IMG/VR virus record: IMGVR_UViG_3300029288_001928 | Location: 1 to 64,000 of that record | DNA from: a virus | Taxonomy: Duplodnaviria; Caudoviricetes | Strand: one strand, 5' to 3' | DNA length: 64,000 bases | Shown: in pieces, positions 20,301 to 29,143 of the stretch | Layout of the letters: each line of letters opens with the position of its first letter | Position numbering within the stretch: position 1 is the stretch's first letter | Notes under the pieces: generated by a model | Told to the model about the DNA's origin: nothing | The model's input: the letters and a program-made list of their open reading frames with translations, nothing else | Database searches by the model: none | Made by a program: the position numbers and the translations under genes

Positions 20301-22055
20301 TTTGATTATGGATTATGTTTACAAAGAAATACTACTTTAGATACGTGGCAAATGACTATTGGATCTGATAACAATTTATATATCGGTTATGCTGATAATG
20401 CATCATCAGCAAATGCAGGTACAGATTTTGCAGCAAAACTGCAATTAACAACTGCTGGTATTGCATATTTTAGCGGAATAGTTCATGGTGCAAATACATC
20501 AATTGATAGTGCTGCAATAGAAATAAATGCATTAGGATCAGGAAATAGATATGCATATATTGACTTCCATGGAGATGATACATATACTGATTATGGATTA
20601 AGAATTATTAGAAATAATACCGGAGCTAATACAACTACTAACATTACTCATAGAGGTACAGGTAATTTCACCATTCAAGCAACTGATGCTGCAACAATAG
20701 ATATATTAAGTAATGCGACAAAATTAGAAGTTGGTAATGGATTTATTACTAAAAATTCTAATATGTGGAGTAATTTAAATGCTGGTTATTTCTGGGGCGC
20801 AACTGCTGTATATACTGATGGAATATATTATCCTTCTTCTGGAGATTTTAGACTCCGTATTGGAAGTGATACAGTAGACATCCTCAAGGGTACTGCAACT
20901 TCTTTAACATTAGGATATGATACATTAGCTAATGGAACAGATGGTCCATTATATATTAATAGAGCAACTGGATCTGGATTATTAGCGTTTAAGACTGCCT
21001 CAAGTATGAGATGGCAAGTAGGAATGAATGGTGTGGCAGAAACAGGATCAAATGTTGGTTCGGAATTTGCACTATATGCTTATAATGATGCAGGTACTTA
21101 CGTTGATAGACCTATTAATATTCTAAGAGCTGCAGGAGGTTTAATATCACTAGCCAGACCTACAGAAGTAACTAATACTCTATATGTTAATTTATTAAAT
21201 GTAAAGAGACAAGATGCAGTTTCCGAAGGTGGAGAAATTACTCTAAATCGTTCAAGCGATAATACATCATATTGGGCTATGGACGTTTACGGTTCTACCG
21301 CACATCCTTCACTAAGATTCTATAACTCTTCATACGTTCTAGCAGAATTTACTGGAAATGGGTCAAGTGGTTCAATATATCTTAATGGTGCAGTCCCAGG
21401 TGGTCATGCTGCAAACAGAGTTGAAATAGGTGGTGGTGAGGTTTGGACAGATAAAATTATAGTATGTAATGCGACATTTGCAGAATCAACTACAAAGACC
21501 GGTGAAATATGTAGTGTTAATTATAATAACAATTCTACAACTCTTTTATATTTTAATGGTGACGCTACAAATAGTATTTTATATATTGGCGCATCTCCTG
21601 ATGAAGTTAATAAATTTATTACAAAAGGATATCTGTTAGCTACTATTCCGATTTCAGGATCTTCAATTTCTACTGCATATTGTTTAGAGTGGACTACAAC
21701 ATCAGTTAAACATTATGTTCCTTTTGAGCATAAAGCTTATGAAATTGAAAATATAGGAACATTAGTAACAACAGGAACTATTAATGATTTTAATATATCA
21801 AGTATTTATACGGGAATACGTTATTCTGGGGGATCTACATTAGTATTTACAGGAATAGCAAATGGAGTTGAAGGAAGAAAATTATATCTTATCAATACGT
21901 CTTCTTATACATGGACTTTAAATCATGAGGATGCTGGATCTTCTGCTACTAATAGAATAGCCTGTAAATCCTCTACGAATCAAGTTCTTTCTGCAGGAGG
22001 GGGCGCAACATTAATTTATACAAATAATAGATGGAGAATAGTATCTATAAATTAA
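14301..22055 (+). CDS. Large tail fibre/tailspike with pectate-lyase-3-like beta-helix and mosaic fibre domains
   Basis: FNVKDYGALGN..DDTAAIQSAIDAA..GGIVFVPEGIYLI followed by a Cys-rich beta-helix; coiled-coil repeats; 2584 aa. Confidence 0.85.
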   Translation: MAVNNSVIYKDLILLYPYPGDGIGAVLNENIRRIADFNENVGIILDSGGFVSTSTIESSGGTLIITKNGTDWNIDITLNGHTHIASNITDFSESVDDRVGSLLVAGSNISLNYDDVLNTLTISAAISGGSTDHNTLVNLQGGQPNEYYHLTSSEYADYIGQTEVENLTGNLQTQINNINVNVEDISSNYQTKLFFNVKDYGALGNNSSDDTAAIQSAIDAANISGGIVFVPEGIYLISSPLTIYSNIEIMGTGAGSSEIRTNVYGIGATWNGGGTQYMIDGGVGNDIWYFILRDISFRGAGIDATNTSGFRVDASNNALNLLFENVLLYDIAGDGYRITLPVSSCWKNCRTQDVGGNAWRVSTAVGCSWLSCYANGAIYCGYLIQSSTSCSFNACSCDSCSYAYNFSACNSISVIGCGCETVTYRAALMPDTPGIAYNIASCNSITLENVYCREFVNQGTDVDNSKRFINIDASTNILLSGAKFWYTSVGPNYSGQITTREDLYVLSNNIQDNTWYNDVVPIRYITDVEVANISGNLQLQITSNDNDILNLQTDVLDISGQVIENTLDILTINEGMSGAYSLTGLEYDRLPEIFFDNSTITLTVSGDHNVWYRSTRYSRSTQTVVLPDVTAKYFIYYDSLGMLQQSTTSWTLLNEAPVATVYWNSSLQEGKLFDERHTTTFNQLEHRYQHLTFGSRLEGGGNIDGYTLNSDTVGGITYSIGTTTFWDEDIRDVSTGFASAGPYSIWYRTGVEEWIWSDTETLPILKSTNIQYNQNVGGNYQLTELSSVLPIYVNYYVVATNLCNGGTVIIPGQQVYNTLGEAQDETFGDLDLGTLLITIFIESVGLYKIIFDMRNLYSTDSGRARIVEVENIQGINIKQYQAVGVFHNQTIGIQGGTTNEYYHLSSAQYSDYIGKTEVSTISGSLQSQISSNDNDISSLNSKVITISGNLNNYTLLTTTASLTGNLQDQITNIFPIDYEDFEEGKVWDGFYNYFQFSGFGWKKLADVVIGTGSYTGVKFEVEIIDRPWGASDNSMADKIMKFYCRCTRSGASLDSINDAEVSGPYADYFRVEKVSTGVYELQFRHVVSGYLSLRARTIFKPSVTTNGLGTGGSITWVNGSTTATETGTIYTATAVHTIAHANIFSNGIIEAQEGLTTSGNISASGNIYSGGILVPTVNTLNNYTLLTTTANLTGSLQSQISLNDNDISSLNSKVTTISGNLNNYTLLTTTANLTGSLQSQISSNDNDISSLNSKVTTISGSLNSHTSATTSVHGISNTANLVTSASTFGTDNLLLRSDGTGRGAQSTGITVDDSNNIVGIVGLTTTGNITAGGVVTDLVRKVYQTSSYDASNNQYVHIATLGDYTSLGQWDSVLVRGSTSIVGVADPFNFSWTNRGEVNSKFYGVATSLLKNYVKFEVYRQVDNSHKLYLVIVANNFTSTNLEVHRGLQSGTAFGDFTITTSTPAGTKCLDSSTAGVTLYTDKINAQDTTSATLGGDGAIVSSGGIASSNNLVVGFGDSAKNSCVIYSDAAGEIVIESIANTGFAKGNIHLAKYNGEVYAGNSVVVGNSTLGHLFVKGAYDSAVASGAGVSIEYGAGVGYLTSYDYTGSLSKPLIIRGSTITFNDPSVGDYGYIDTNGWYSRKALTGGTSTATPYGLHLGSDFADSAGDAHKCKLYLFENTSAGNKYGFGVSASRLEYHAEDSGNAAYHTFYVGEASKFEISQLYVQSSVNLALYNATDDSPSLVLQNTASYKDWHIDNYQGVLRFMRHTGGGGAYEATHLEINSAGALTAYTQARIQYGNGVSLIVGSDSAAVTLTDSTAKAGRIALPHYLNAEEPVGLIHSFNSLNSSTVKIGGGSAILNSVTNGALVAASNYTTVTGTDILSWDINGVAITGKLSPTSDIVLSAAASATHEIYRSVANGGVRIAGGSSSSNGAQLELYGSSHGSAADWAVLDCGVFYVRSQNAGIYASKLDTTGLVLGASSKSLAGSRLFIKQAADTFDYGLCLQRNTTLDTWQMTIGSDNNLYIGYADNASSANAGTDFAAKLQLTTAGIAYFSGIVHGANTSIDSAAIEINALGSGNRYAYIDFHGDDTYTDYGLRIIRNNTGANTTTNITHRGTGNFTIQATDAATIDILSNATKLEVGNGFITKNSNMWSNLNAGYFWGATAVYTDGIYYPSSGDFRLRIGSDTVDILKGTATSLTLGYDTLANGTDGPLYINRATGSGLLAFKTASSMRWQVGMNGVAETGSNVGSEFALYAYNDAGTYVDRPINILRAAGGLISLARPTEVTNTLYVNLLNVKRQDAVSEGGEITLNRSSDNTSYWAMDVYGSTAHPSLRFYNSSYVLAEFTGNGSSGSIYLNGAVPGGHAANRVEIGGGEVWTDKIIVCNATFAESTTKTGEICSVNYNNNSTTLLYFNGDATNSILYIGASPDEVNKFITKGYLLATIPISGSSISTAYCLEWTTTSVKHYVPFEHKAYEIENIGTLVTTGTINDFNISSIYTGIRYSGGSTLVFTGIANGVEGRKLYLINTSSYTWTLNHEDAGSSATNRIACKSSTNQVLSAGGGATLIYTNNRWRIVSIN
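17841..18086 (+). repeat. Tandem 123-bp (41-aa) direct repeat in the fibre gene; a related copy lies near 17067-17200
   Basis: NNYTLLTTTANLTGSLQSQISxNDNDISSLNSKVTTISG repeated with near-identical DNA. Confidence 0.9.
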
Positions 22056-22126
22056 TATTAATTTTTATTTTTAAAGCTTATGGTGTTTCTTCCTGGATAC
22101 ATATAAATACTTAATAAGGATATAAT

Positions 22127-23350
22127 ATGAAACCAAACAGAAAAAAAAGAGAATTAGCAAATTGGATACGAAGAAGATTGGGTCAACCAATTGTAGATGT
22201 ATTGATTGATACTACACAATTGGATGATGCAATTGATTTTGCAGTTGATTTTTTTGGAACACATGCAGGGGGAATAGGAAACGAGGAATCTTTATTAATT
22301 ATTTGTCCAGAACAAGTTAAGTATGATGCAACCGGAAAGCCATGTCATCCAAAACCAAAAAAAGGCCGTTGGCGCACTATCGTAGACCCATTAACATGTG
22401 CATCAACTGGAACGTCTGGAACTACAACTCCTCCAACTACATCAGATCCTACAACAGCATGTAGTCCATTAGATTGCACATCAATTACACCCGTAAATAC
22501 TACAGAAGAATGTATTAGATATGGTGGAGAAGATAATGATCCAAATACTGGATATCAAGGAGATTTAAATGCACAATGTTTAGCATTTAATTTGGATCCT
22601 TGTTGTCCAACAGAAACAAATCCTGGGCCTGGATGGTGTGGTGACGGAATACCAGATCCACATTGTTTTACAGAAATTGGACAATATAATGCTAATGCTG
22701 ATGGTCCATATTGGATAGAAGGAGATACGACACAATCTCCATATGTTACACAAGGAAGTTTTGTATTTAAAACCGTATATGATGTTCCAAAAGATATAAT
22801 TTCAATCGTTTGTGGTCTTGAAAAGGGAAAGGGATTTGGGTATGGTGGGGTTGGTGGATTTTCAGATTCAGAAGAAGCATTATTTTCCCCAATGCATTTA
22901 TTTTTAAATAACGGAGGTCTTGGATTAGGTTCTGGAGGAATGGCTGGTGGCGGGTTTATGGATCTTGTTTCGTTAGAATTGGGATTACAATATATAGAAA
23001 TGTTTAGAACAATGTATACTGTAAAATTGCATGCACAATTATTAGAATTACAGCATAAAGTAAAAATATCTCCTGCTCCTACTTCTGCGGGATTAATTGG
23101 TTTGTTAGTTAATAGAAAAGTTCCAGATGAATATTTATATGAACATATATGGGTAAAAGAATATGCTGAAGCATTGTGTATGATTCAGATAGGAACAAAT
23201 GCTAATAAATATTCTAATGCAAATTTTCCTGGTGGTGCATCAATAAATGCCGCATTTTATCTTGATGAAGGAAAATCAAAACGAGAAAAATTAGAAGAAC
23301 AAATAACTAATGGAATGTATGCAGAACCACCAGGATTCTTCTGGGGATGA
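22127..23350 (+). CDS. gp13: Neck protein (T4 gp13-like) with a Cys-rich insertion
   Basis: WIRRRLGQPIVDV..QLDDAID; WVKEYAEAL..QIGTNANKY..FPGGASIN; PPGFFWG. Confidence 0.9.
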   Translation: MKPNRKKRELANWIRRRLGQPIVDVLIDTTQLDDAIDFAVDFFGTHAGGIGNEESLLIICPEQVKYDATGKPCHPKPKKGRWRTIVDPLTCASTGTSGTTTPPTTSDPTTACSPLDCTSITPVNTTEECIRYGGEDNDPNTGYQGDLNAQCLAFNLDPCCPTETNPGPGWCGDGIPDPHCFTEIGQYNANADGPYWIEGDTTQSPYVTQGSFVFKTVYDVPKDIISIVCGLEKGKGFGYGGVGGFSDSEEALFSPMHLFLNNGGLGLGSGGMAGGGFMDLVSLELGLQYIEMFRTMYTVKLHAQLLELQHKVKISPAPTSAGLIGLLVNRKVPDEYLYEHIWVKEYAEALCMIQIGTNANKYSNANFPGGASINAAFYLDEGKSKREKLEEQITNGMYAEPPGFFWG

Positions 23351-23353
23351 TTA

Positions 23354-24355
23354 ATGAATTTAAAATTGTTTTTATTAAATGAGAATATAAATCAAGAAAA
23401 AACAATTGATACTATTTTAAAAAAGTATCAATCTGTTAAGTTGAATTCTATTGGATGGTATGAAATATATACATGCCAAAAATCGGAAACTCCTGGAATA
23501 TTTAATATTAAAAATTATACAAATAAATTAAAAAATGATTTTATAATAGATGATTATTTAAATGATGTATATTATTATTGTAATGATGCAACAAAGAAGT
23601 TACAAAAAATTGGATTATCTATAACTCCATTAAAATTTATTAAAATAATTATTATAGAGTTTGATGAATCTATTTTATCAAAATACAATATTAGTGTAAA
23701 ATCTGAAGAGTATTATGCATTAACTGATATAGAATCTAATAGTATTTTAATAAATAAGTCTGAATTTAAAAATAATGAAAATATTACAGATTTAATAATT
23801 CATGAAACTTCTCATGTTATATGGGAATTATTATCATCTGATAAAAAAGAAATGTTTATAAATTGGTATAAAGAAAATGTGTTACGTAAATTATCAAAAG
23901 AAATTAAATTAGATAATAATGATATATTATCAATATGGGAAAGGTTTATACAATATAAAGGAAAAATAATTTTAGAAAATATTAAATTATTATCAAAAAT
24001 AATAGAAGATGTATTAAAACAAAAATATGATGATATTACACAAATTGCTAAAATAAAATCAACTATTATAGAAAATTTCAAGCAAGAATTTAGAAAAAAT
24101 AAAAATATATTTGAGGATAAAAACTTATTTATTAATAAATTAAAAAGAATACAAGGTTATAAGCCAGCAAATTTAGGAGAAATAAGTAATATAGAAAGTG
24201 CAAAATTAAGAACATTAGCATATGATAAAGGGTTGACACCAAGTGAATATGCTGCTACAAATTATGAAGAATTATGGTCGGAAACCATCAAATTTATGTC
24301 AAATAATGTTATATCAGAAGATCTAAGAAATATTATAGAAATTATTTTAAAATAG
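23354..24355 (+). CDS. HExxH zinc-metallopeptidase-like protein, possibly an internal head protein
   Basis: IIHETSH and C-terminal SEYAATNYEELWSE; N-terminal LLNE. Confidence 0.6.
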   Translation: MNLKLFLLNENINQEKTIDTILKKYQSVKLNSIGWYEIYTCQKSETPGIFNIKNYTNKLKNDFIIDDYLNDVYYYCNDATKKLQKIGLSITPLKFIKIIIIEFDESILSKYNISVKSEEYYALTDIESNSILINKSEFKNNENITDLIIHETSHVIWELLSSDKKEMFINWYKENVLRKLSKEIKLDNNDILSIWERFIQYKGKIILENIKLLSKIIEDVLKQKYDDITQIAKIKSTIIENFKQEFRKNKNIFEDKNLFINKLKRIQGYKPANLGEISNIESAKLRTLAYDKGLTPSEYAATNYEELWSETIKFMSNNVISEDLRNIIEIILK

Positions 24356-24442
24356 TTTAAATTATATTCCAATATATTTTTGTAGAAATATATGTTTTTA
24401 GTTATTCAAAATAGATAAATATAGGGTAACTAGAGGGATATA

Positions 24443-27400
24443 ATGGCAGATTGTAATGATGAGTATTCAACATTAGGGTCTTGCTCAAATGAGCAACCAC
24501 CATATAATATTTCAAATCCTGTAAATGATTGTACAGAATACACAACCATTGGATCAACTCCAGGCCCAACAATATCTGGAGAAATACCAGATGATCTATT
24601 ATTACCAGATGGAAGAATATCAACACAATATACAGTATTAGGACAAACAATAACAGAAGTAGTAGATCCCCCGCCAGTTTGTGAAAACATTATTATAAAT
24701 CAAGATGATACATGTATACCAGAAAATACAAATATTCCACAGTGTTCCGACGAATATGCAACATCTAGTACATGTACAAAAGATAATTTTATTGTATGTA
24801 GTCCAACTGCAAATACATGTTTAGAATATTCTACCGTTGGCACATGTGGACTTCCAAGCGTCAATGGTATTCCATATGATGTATTATTACCAGATGGTAG
24901 AATTCCTACTAAATATTCTGTTGATGGGGAATTATCTCTTTGTATTGCAAATGGTGAGGCAGTTACATGTCCATCTACAACATTTATTCATAATTCTTTG
25001 CCTGGATTGCAAGGAGGAACAACAAATCAGTATTATCACTTAACATTATCACAATATAATGATTATGCTGGAATATCATATGTTGTTGATGTAAGTGGTA
25101 GTTTACAAAATGCAATTGATGCCAACACAACATTAATTAATAATTTACAATCATCTATAACAATTATAGAAAATAAAATAGTAAATATTGAAACTGATGT
25201 AGATTCTATTAGTGCAAGTATAGATGATTTAACAACTATAACACTAGAATCGAGTGGTGGCACAGTATTAATAACACAAAATGGAAATATTTATAATTTA
25301 GAAGTAGATACTTCTGGTATTACAGCAGAAGGTATATCTGTCCATAATGATTTAATTGGTTTACAGGGAGGAATTTTAAATCAGTATTATCATTTATCGG
25401 AAAATCAATATGTTGATTATATTGGAAGAATAGAAGTAGAAAATATATCAGGATATTTAAATTCTGAAATAACAAACATTAATAATCAATTAATAATTAT
25501 TAATTCAGAAATAACTAATATTTCAGGACAATACACTTTAATAAGTACAACAGAAAATATTAGTTCTAATTTACAATCACAAATAGATAATATTCCTATA
25601 ATTAGCGTTTCTTCAAGCGGAGGAACAATATTAATATCACAAAATGGAAATAATTATAATTTAGAAGTTGATGTTTCTGGTATATCTGCGGAAAATGGAA
25701 TAAGTATTCATAATGACTTAATTGGTTTACAAGGTGGAATAAGTGGAGAATATTATCACCTATCAGAAGCACAATACGTTGATTATATTGGAAGAACAGA
25801 AGTAGAAAATATAACAGCAAATATTACACAAGAAATTTCTGTATTACAAAATGTTGTTTATAATATATCAGGATCATCTTTACCAGAGGGAACATCAGAA
25901 GGATCTATATTATATTGGGATTCTTCTGAACAAGTATGGAAGGAAACAACAGATATAATATGGGATGGAAATTCCTTAAATTCTCCTGGATTAACATTAC
26001 AGCCTATAAGCGCAAATCCTGATATAGGACAAAATACATTATGGTCGGAAACAAGTACAAATAAACTTAAATATGGTGATTCTAAAACAGTTTTTACAAA
26101 TAGTATAATTGTACAAGATGGAACATTTACAGAACCAATTTCTTCTGAAGATGGTGATATTGTATTAGTTATTAATTCTAATGATTATATTGATAGAACA
26201 GAAGTAGAATCTATAAGTGCATCATTACAATCACAAATTGATTCGATTAGTGCCGCTTTAAATAATATATCAACAATTACTATTTCATCAAGCGGCGGAA
26301 CAGTATTAATATCGCAAGATGGAAATAATTATAATTTAGAAGTAGATACATCTGGTATTACTGCAAGTGGAATATCAGTTCATAATGAGTTAACTGGTTT
26401 ACAAGGTGGAATAAGTGGAGAATATTATCACTTATCAGAAGCACAATACGTTGATTATATTGGAAGAACAGAAGTAGAAAATATAACAGGAAACTTCAAT
26501 AATTATACATTATTAACTACTACACAAGAAATTAGTTCAAATTTACAAACACAGATTAATAATATTGATGTTATTACGGTATCATCAAGTGGTGGAACCG
26601 TATTAATATCACAAACCGGAAACAATTATAATCTTGAAATTAGCACATCCAGTATTACTGCAACAGGAATTCATAATGACTTAATTGGTTTACAGGGTGG
26701 AATGAGTGGAGAATATTATCACTTATCAGAAGCACAATATGTTGATTATATTGGAAGAACAGAAGTAGAAACAGTTAGTGCATCATTACAAACACAGATT
26801 AGTAGTATAACAGGATTTTCTTCTGTTGATGGGATGCAATGGATAGTAATAACAGAAGATACATCAGCAGTTAAATCATATGGATATGTAATAGATGCAT
26901 CAATAGGAAATATAACATTAACATTACCACCATCTCCAGAAGATGGAGATGAAATTGGTATTTCTACTATTGATATTTCAAATTATATTCTACTAAGTAG
27001 AAATGGAAAAAAGATTTTTGGATTAGAAGAAGACATAGAATTGGATAGAGTAGGAATTGGTTTTAGCATAGTTTATAGTGGTGATACTTATGGATGGACA
27101 ATAACTACAGAAACGTCAACTATTTCTGCATCAAATACACAATTATCATTAGATATAAATGAAAATTCTACAGACGATGAATTGCCAACAGCAAAATCAG
27201 TTTATGATTTTGTAAAATCTGAAATTCCAATTTCTATGATTTTAAGAACAACATCACCATCTCTTGTTATGCCAGGAAAATGTTCTTTGTATATTCCTTC
27301 TGTTGATGATTGGATTATACATGATTGGACATTAGTAACAGATATTACTGGAAATGTACAAGTTGATATATTAGTAAAATCAGAAGATATTCCAACAAAT

Positions 27401-27580
27401 AATTCATATAGTATTTGTGGAGGAAATACAATATCTATTACATCTGGACATTATAATTATTCTGAATATTTACCTGGATGGACGACTACTGTAACTAAAG
27501 GTGATGTATTTGAACTGGATATAATACAAAATACAAATGCAAAAATAATTAATTTAGTATTACATGGTTATAAAACATAA
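24443..27580 (+). CDS. Collar/whisker-like fibre protein (between gp13 and gp14) with Cys-rich N-terminus and repeated HNxLxGLQGG module
   Basis: Five HNxLxGLQGG..YYHL repeats with coiled coils; ITLTLPPSPEDGD fibre domain near the C-terminus. Confidence 0.7.
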   Translation: MADCNDEYSTLGSCSNEQPPYNISNPVNDCTEYTTIGSTPGPTISGEIPDDLLLPDGRISTQYTVLGQTITEVVDPPPVCENIIINQDDTCIPENTNIPQCSDEYATSSTCTKDNFIVCSPTANTCLEYSTVGTCGLPSVNGIPYDVLLPDGRIPTKYSVDGELSLCIANGEAVTCPSTTFIHNSLPGLQGGTTNQYYHLTLSQYNDYAGISYVVDVSGSLQNAIDANTTLINNLQSSITIIENKIVNIETDVDSISASIDDLTTITLESSGGTVLITQNGNIYNLEVDTSGITAEGISVHNDLIGLQGGILNQYYHLSENQYVDYIGRIEVENISGYLNSEITNINNQLIIINSEITNISGQYTLISTTENISSNLQSQIDNIPIISVSSSGGTILISQNGNNYNLEVDVSGISAENGISIHNDLIGLQGGISGEYYHLSEAQYVDYIGRTEVENITANITQEISVLQNVVYNISGSSLPEGTSEGSILYWDSSEQVWKETTDIIWDGNSLNSPGLTLQPISANPDIGQNTLWSETSTNKLKYGDSKTVFTNSIIVQDGTFTEPISSEDGDIVLVINSNDYIDRTEVESISASLQSQIDSISAALNNISTITISSSGGTVLISQDGNNYNLEVDTSGITASGISVHNELTGLQGGISGEYYHLSEAQYVDYIGRTEVENITGNFNNYTLLTTTQEISSNLQTQINNIDVITVSSSGGTVLISQTGNNYNLEISTSSITATGIHNDLIGLQGGMSGEYYHLSEAQYVDYIGRTEVETVSASLQTQISSITGFSSVDGMQWIVITEDTSAVKSYGYVIDASIGNITLTLPPSPEDGDEIGISTIDISNYILLSRNGKKIFGLEEDIELDRVGIGFSIVYSGDTYGWTITTETSTISASNTQLSLDINENSTDDELPTAKSVYDFVKSEIPISMILRTTSPSLVMPGKCSLYIPSVDDWIIHDWTLVTDITGNVQVDILVKSEDIPTNNSYSICGGNTISITSGHYNYSEYLPGWTTTVTKGDVFELDIIQNTNAKIINLVLHGYKT
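24989..26770 (+). repeat. Dispersed ~100-bp repeats starting at 24989, 25343, 25709, 26381 and 26672 (homologous copies at 14697 and 16959)
   Basis: Near-identical DNA catAATGActtaattggtttacaaggtggaataagtggagaatattatcac...gaagtagaa in the last three copies. Confidence 0.9.
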
Positions 27581-27598
27581 ATATACATTGAGGTAAAT

Positions 27599-28585
27599 AT
27601 GTCAGGATTGGATGATCCACTTAAGTATAAAAGATTTTTTAATCAATTTGGCGGGGATTATAATAATTCTCGTGAAATTGAAACATATGACAATTTACAA
27701 GCAGAATATGCTGGTATATATGGTATACCAATTGAATATTATCCAATTGTAGTTGATGCATATGAAGAAGGATTGGATAGAGTGTATGGTGAAAATTCAA
27801 GACCAGTGTGGGATAAAAAATATCAAATAACAGGATTGATTGATGAATATAGTCAAGAATTATTGAAGTGGCAAGCAGCAGGACAAATGAATGTAGATGA
27901 AGTTACAATGTATATTCATAGATCTACTTTTGATAAATTGGTAGGATTTAGAAGCAGAAAAATACCAGTAACAGATCCAACAAGACGAGGAGGATATGGT
28001 CCAATTCCAAAAGATATGATTAGAACAAGTTACAATGGATTATTTTATGAAGTAGTTACTGGTGGTGTGCATTTTATGGATTCGTCTGCACAACAATTTG
28101 GTCATAAATTCTGGTATAAAGTTACTCTAAAATCAAGAGAGGTTTCCGATGCATATATTGGTGCTGGAGAGCAATATGGCGCGGTTCCTGATTTAACATT
28201 ACAACAATTGATTGATTCTGGACAATTAGAATCAGATAAAGCATATACATGCAATCCACAAGCAGTTGTAGGAACACCACCAGTACAAACAGACCCAATT
28301 AGCGGATTACCAAATTGTTTACAAATTAATGATAATGCAACTCTAGGAGACCAAGAAGAAATAGAAACATTATCAGACCAAATAATTGATCCACAAACAA
28401 ATGAAATAGTCCAAAGTCCTTCTGCATCAATGACTTACAGTAGTGAAGGAACGGTAATTTATGTTGCGACAGGACTTGAAGTTGTAGAAGGAAGTGATGA
28501 TTGGAATATATTTATGCAAAATAATAAATATGGTCCTACTGGTAGAATAATCAGAAATAATAGAGATATATGGGGAGACTGGTGA
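27599..28585 (+). CDS. gp14: Neck/head-closure protein (T4 gp14-like)
   Basis: IYGIPIEYYP, DRVYGE, DEVTMYIHRSTF, PKDMI..LFYEV; C-terminal WGDW; synteny. Confidence 0.8.
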   Translation: MSGLDDPLKYKRFFNQFGGDYNNSREIETYDNLQAEYAGIYGIPIEYYPIVVDAYEEGLDRVYGENSRPVWDKKYQITGLIDEYSQELLKWQAAGQMNVDEVTMYIHRSTFDKLVGFRSRKIPVTDPTRRGGYGPIPKDMIRTSYNGLFYEVVTGGVHFMDSSAQQFGHKFWYKVTLKSREVSDAYIGAGEQYGAVPDLTLQQLIDSGQLESDKAYTCNPQAVVGTPPVQTDPISGLPNCLQINDNATLGDQEEIETLSDQIIDPQTNEIVQSPSASMTYSSEGTVIYVATGLEVVEGSDDWNIFMQNNKYGPTGRIIRNNRDIWGDW

Positions 28586-28652
28586 TCAAAATTTTAAAAT
28601 CATGATATAATAAATATAAATACTTTCAGCAAATCAATTAAGGAGAATTATT

Positions 28653-29126
28653 ATGGGTCGTTTTGAAGGTGCAGCTAAAGAACTTCATAAGAAACTAAAA
28701 GTTATTTTTGAAAGCAACCAATTTACAAACGAATTAAAAGAAGGCGAAGATGTAAATGAGTTTACATTTACAGGTGACGTGACCTATAATATTAAAGTTG
28801 AGAAGGACGAAGAACATACAGAATATTATGTAATGGACCAAGATGGTAATATTATAGAAATATTTACTGATGCAATGGTAGACCAAGACGGGAAAGTTCC
28901 TGCTGCTGTTCGTCAAGCAATTGTTACTCAGGCTGGTGGAGAAGTAGAATCAACTGACGATGATGAAACTGAAGAAGTTGAAGATGAAGATGACGTAGAA
29001 GATTCAATTCCTGACGGTGGTAGCGTAGAAACACCTACTCTTCCAGATGAATCTGCTCCTGCCGAAATTTCAGAAAAAATGCCAACCGAAGAACTTCCCG
29101 AAAGTGTTAAGAGAGGAAAGAAGTAA
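28653..29126 (+). CDS. Acidic hypothetical protein, possibly an internal head protein
   Basis: Late promoter at 28615, RBS AAGGAG, N-terminal KLKVIFES. Confidence 0.65.
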   Translation: MGRFEGAAKELHKKLKVIFESNQFTNELKEGEDVNEFTFTGDVTYNIKVEKDEEHTEYYVMDQDGNIIEIFTDAMVDQDGKVPAAVRQAIVTQAGGEVESTDDDETEEVEDEDDVEDSIPDGGSVETPTLPDESAPAEISEKMPTEELPESVKRGKK

Positions 29127-29143
29127 TATTTAGGGAGGTATAG

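Noticed and set aside
24989-26770. Near-identical ~100-bp repeats as DGR template/variable repeats
   Set aside because: All copies are in-frame coding, differences are not adenine-specific, and no reverse transcriptase is in the window.
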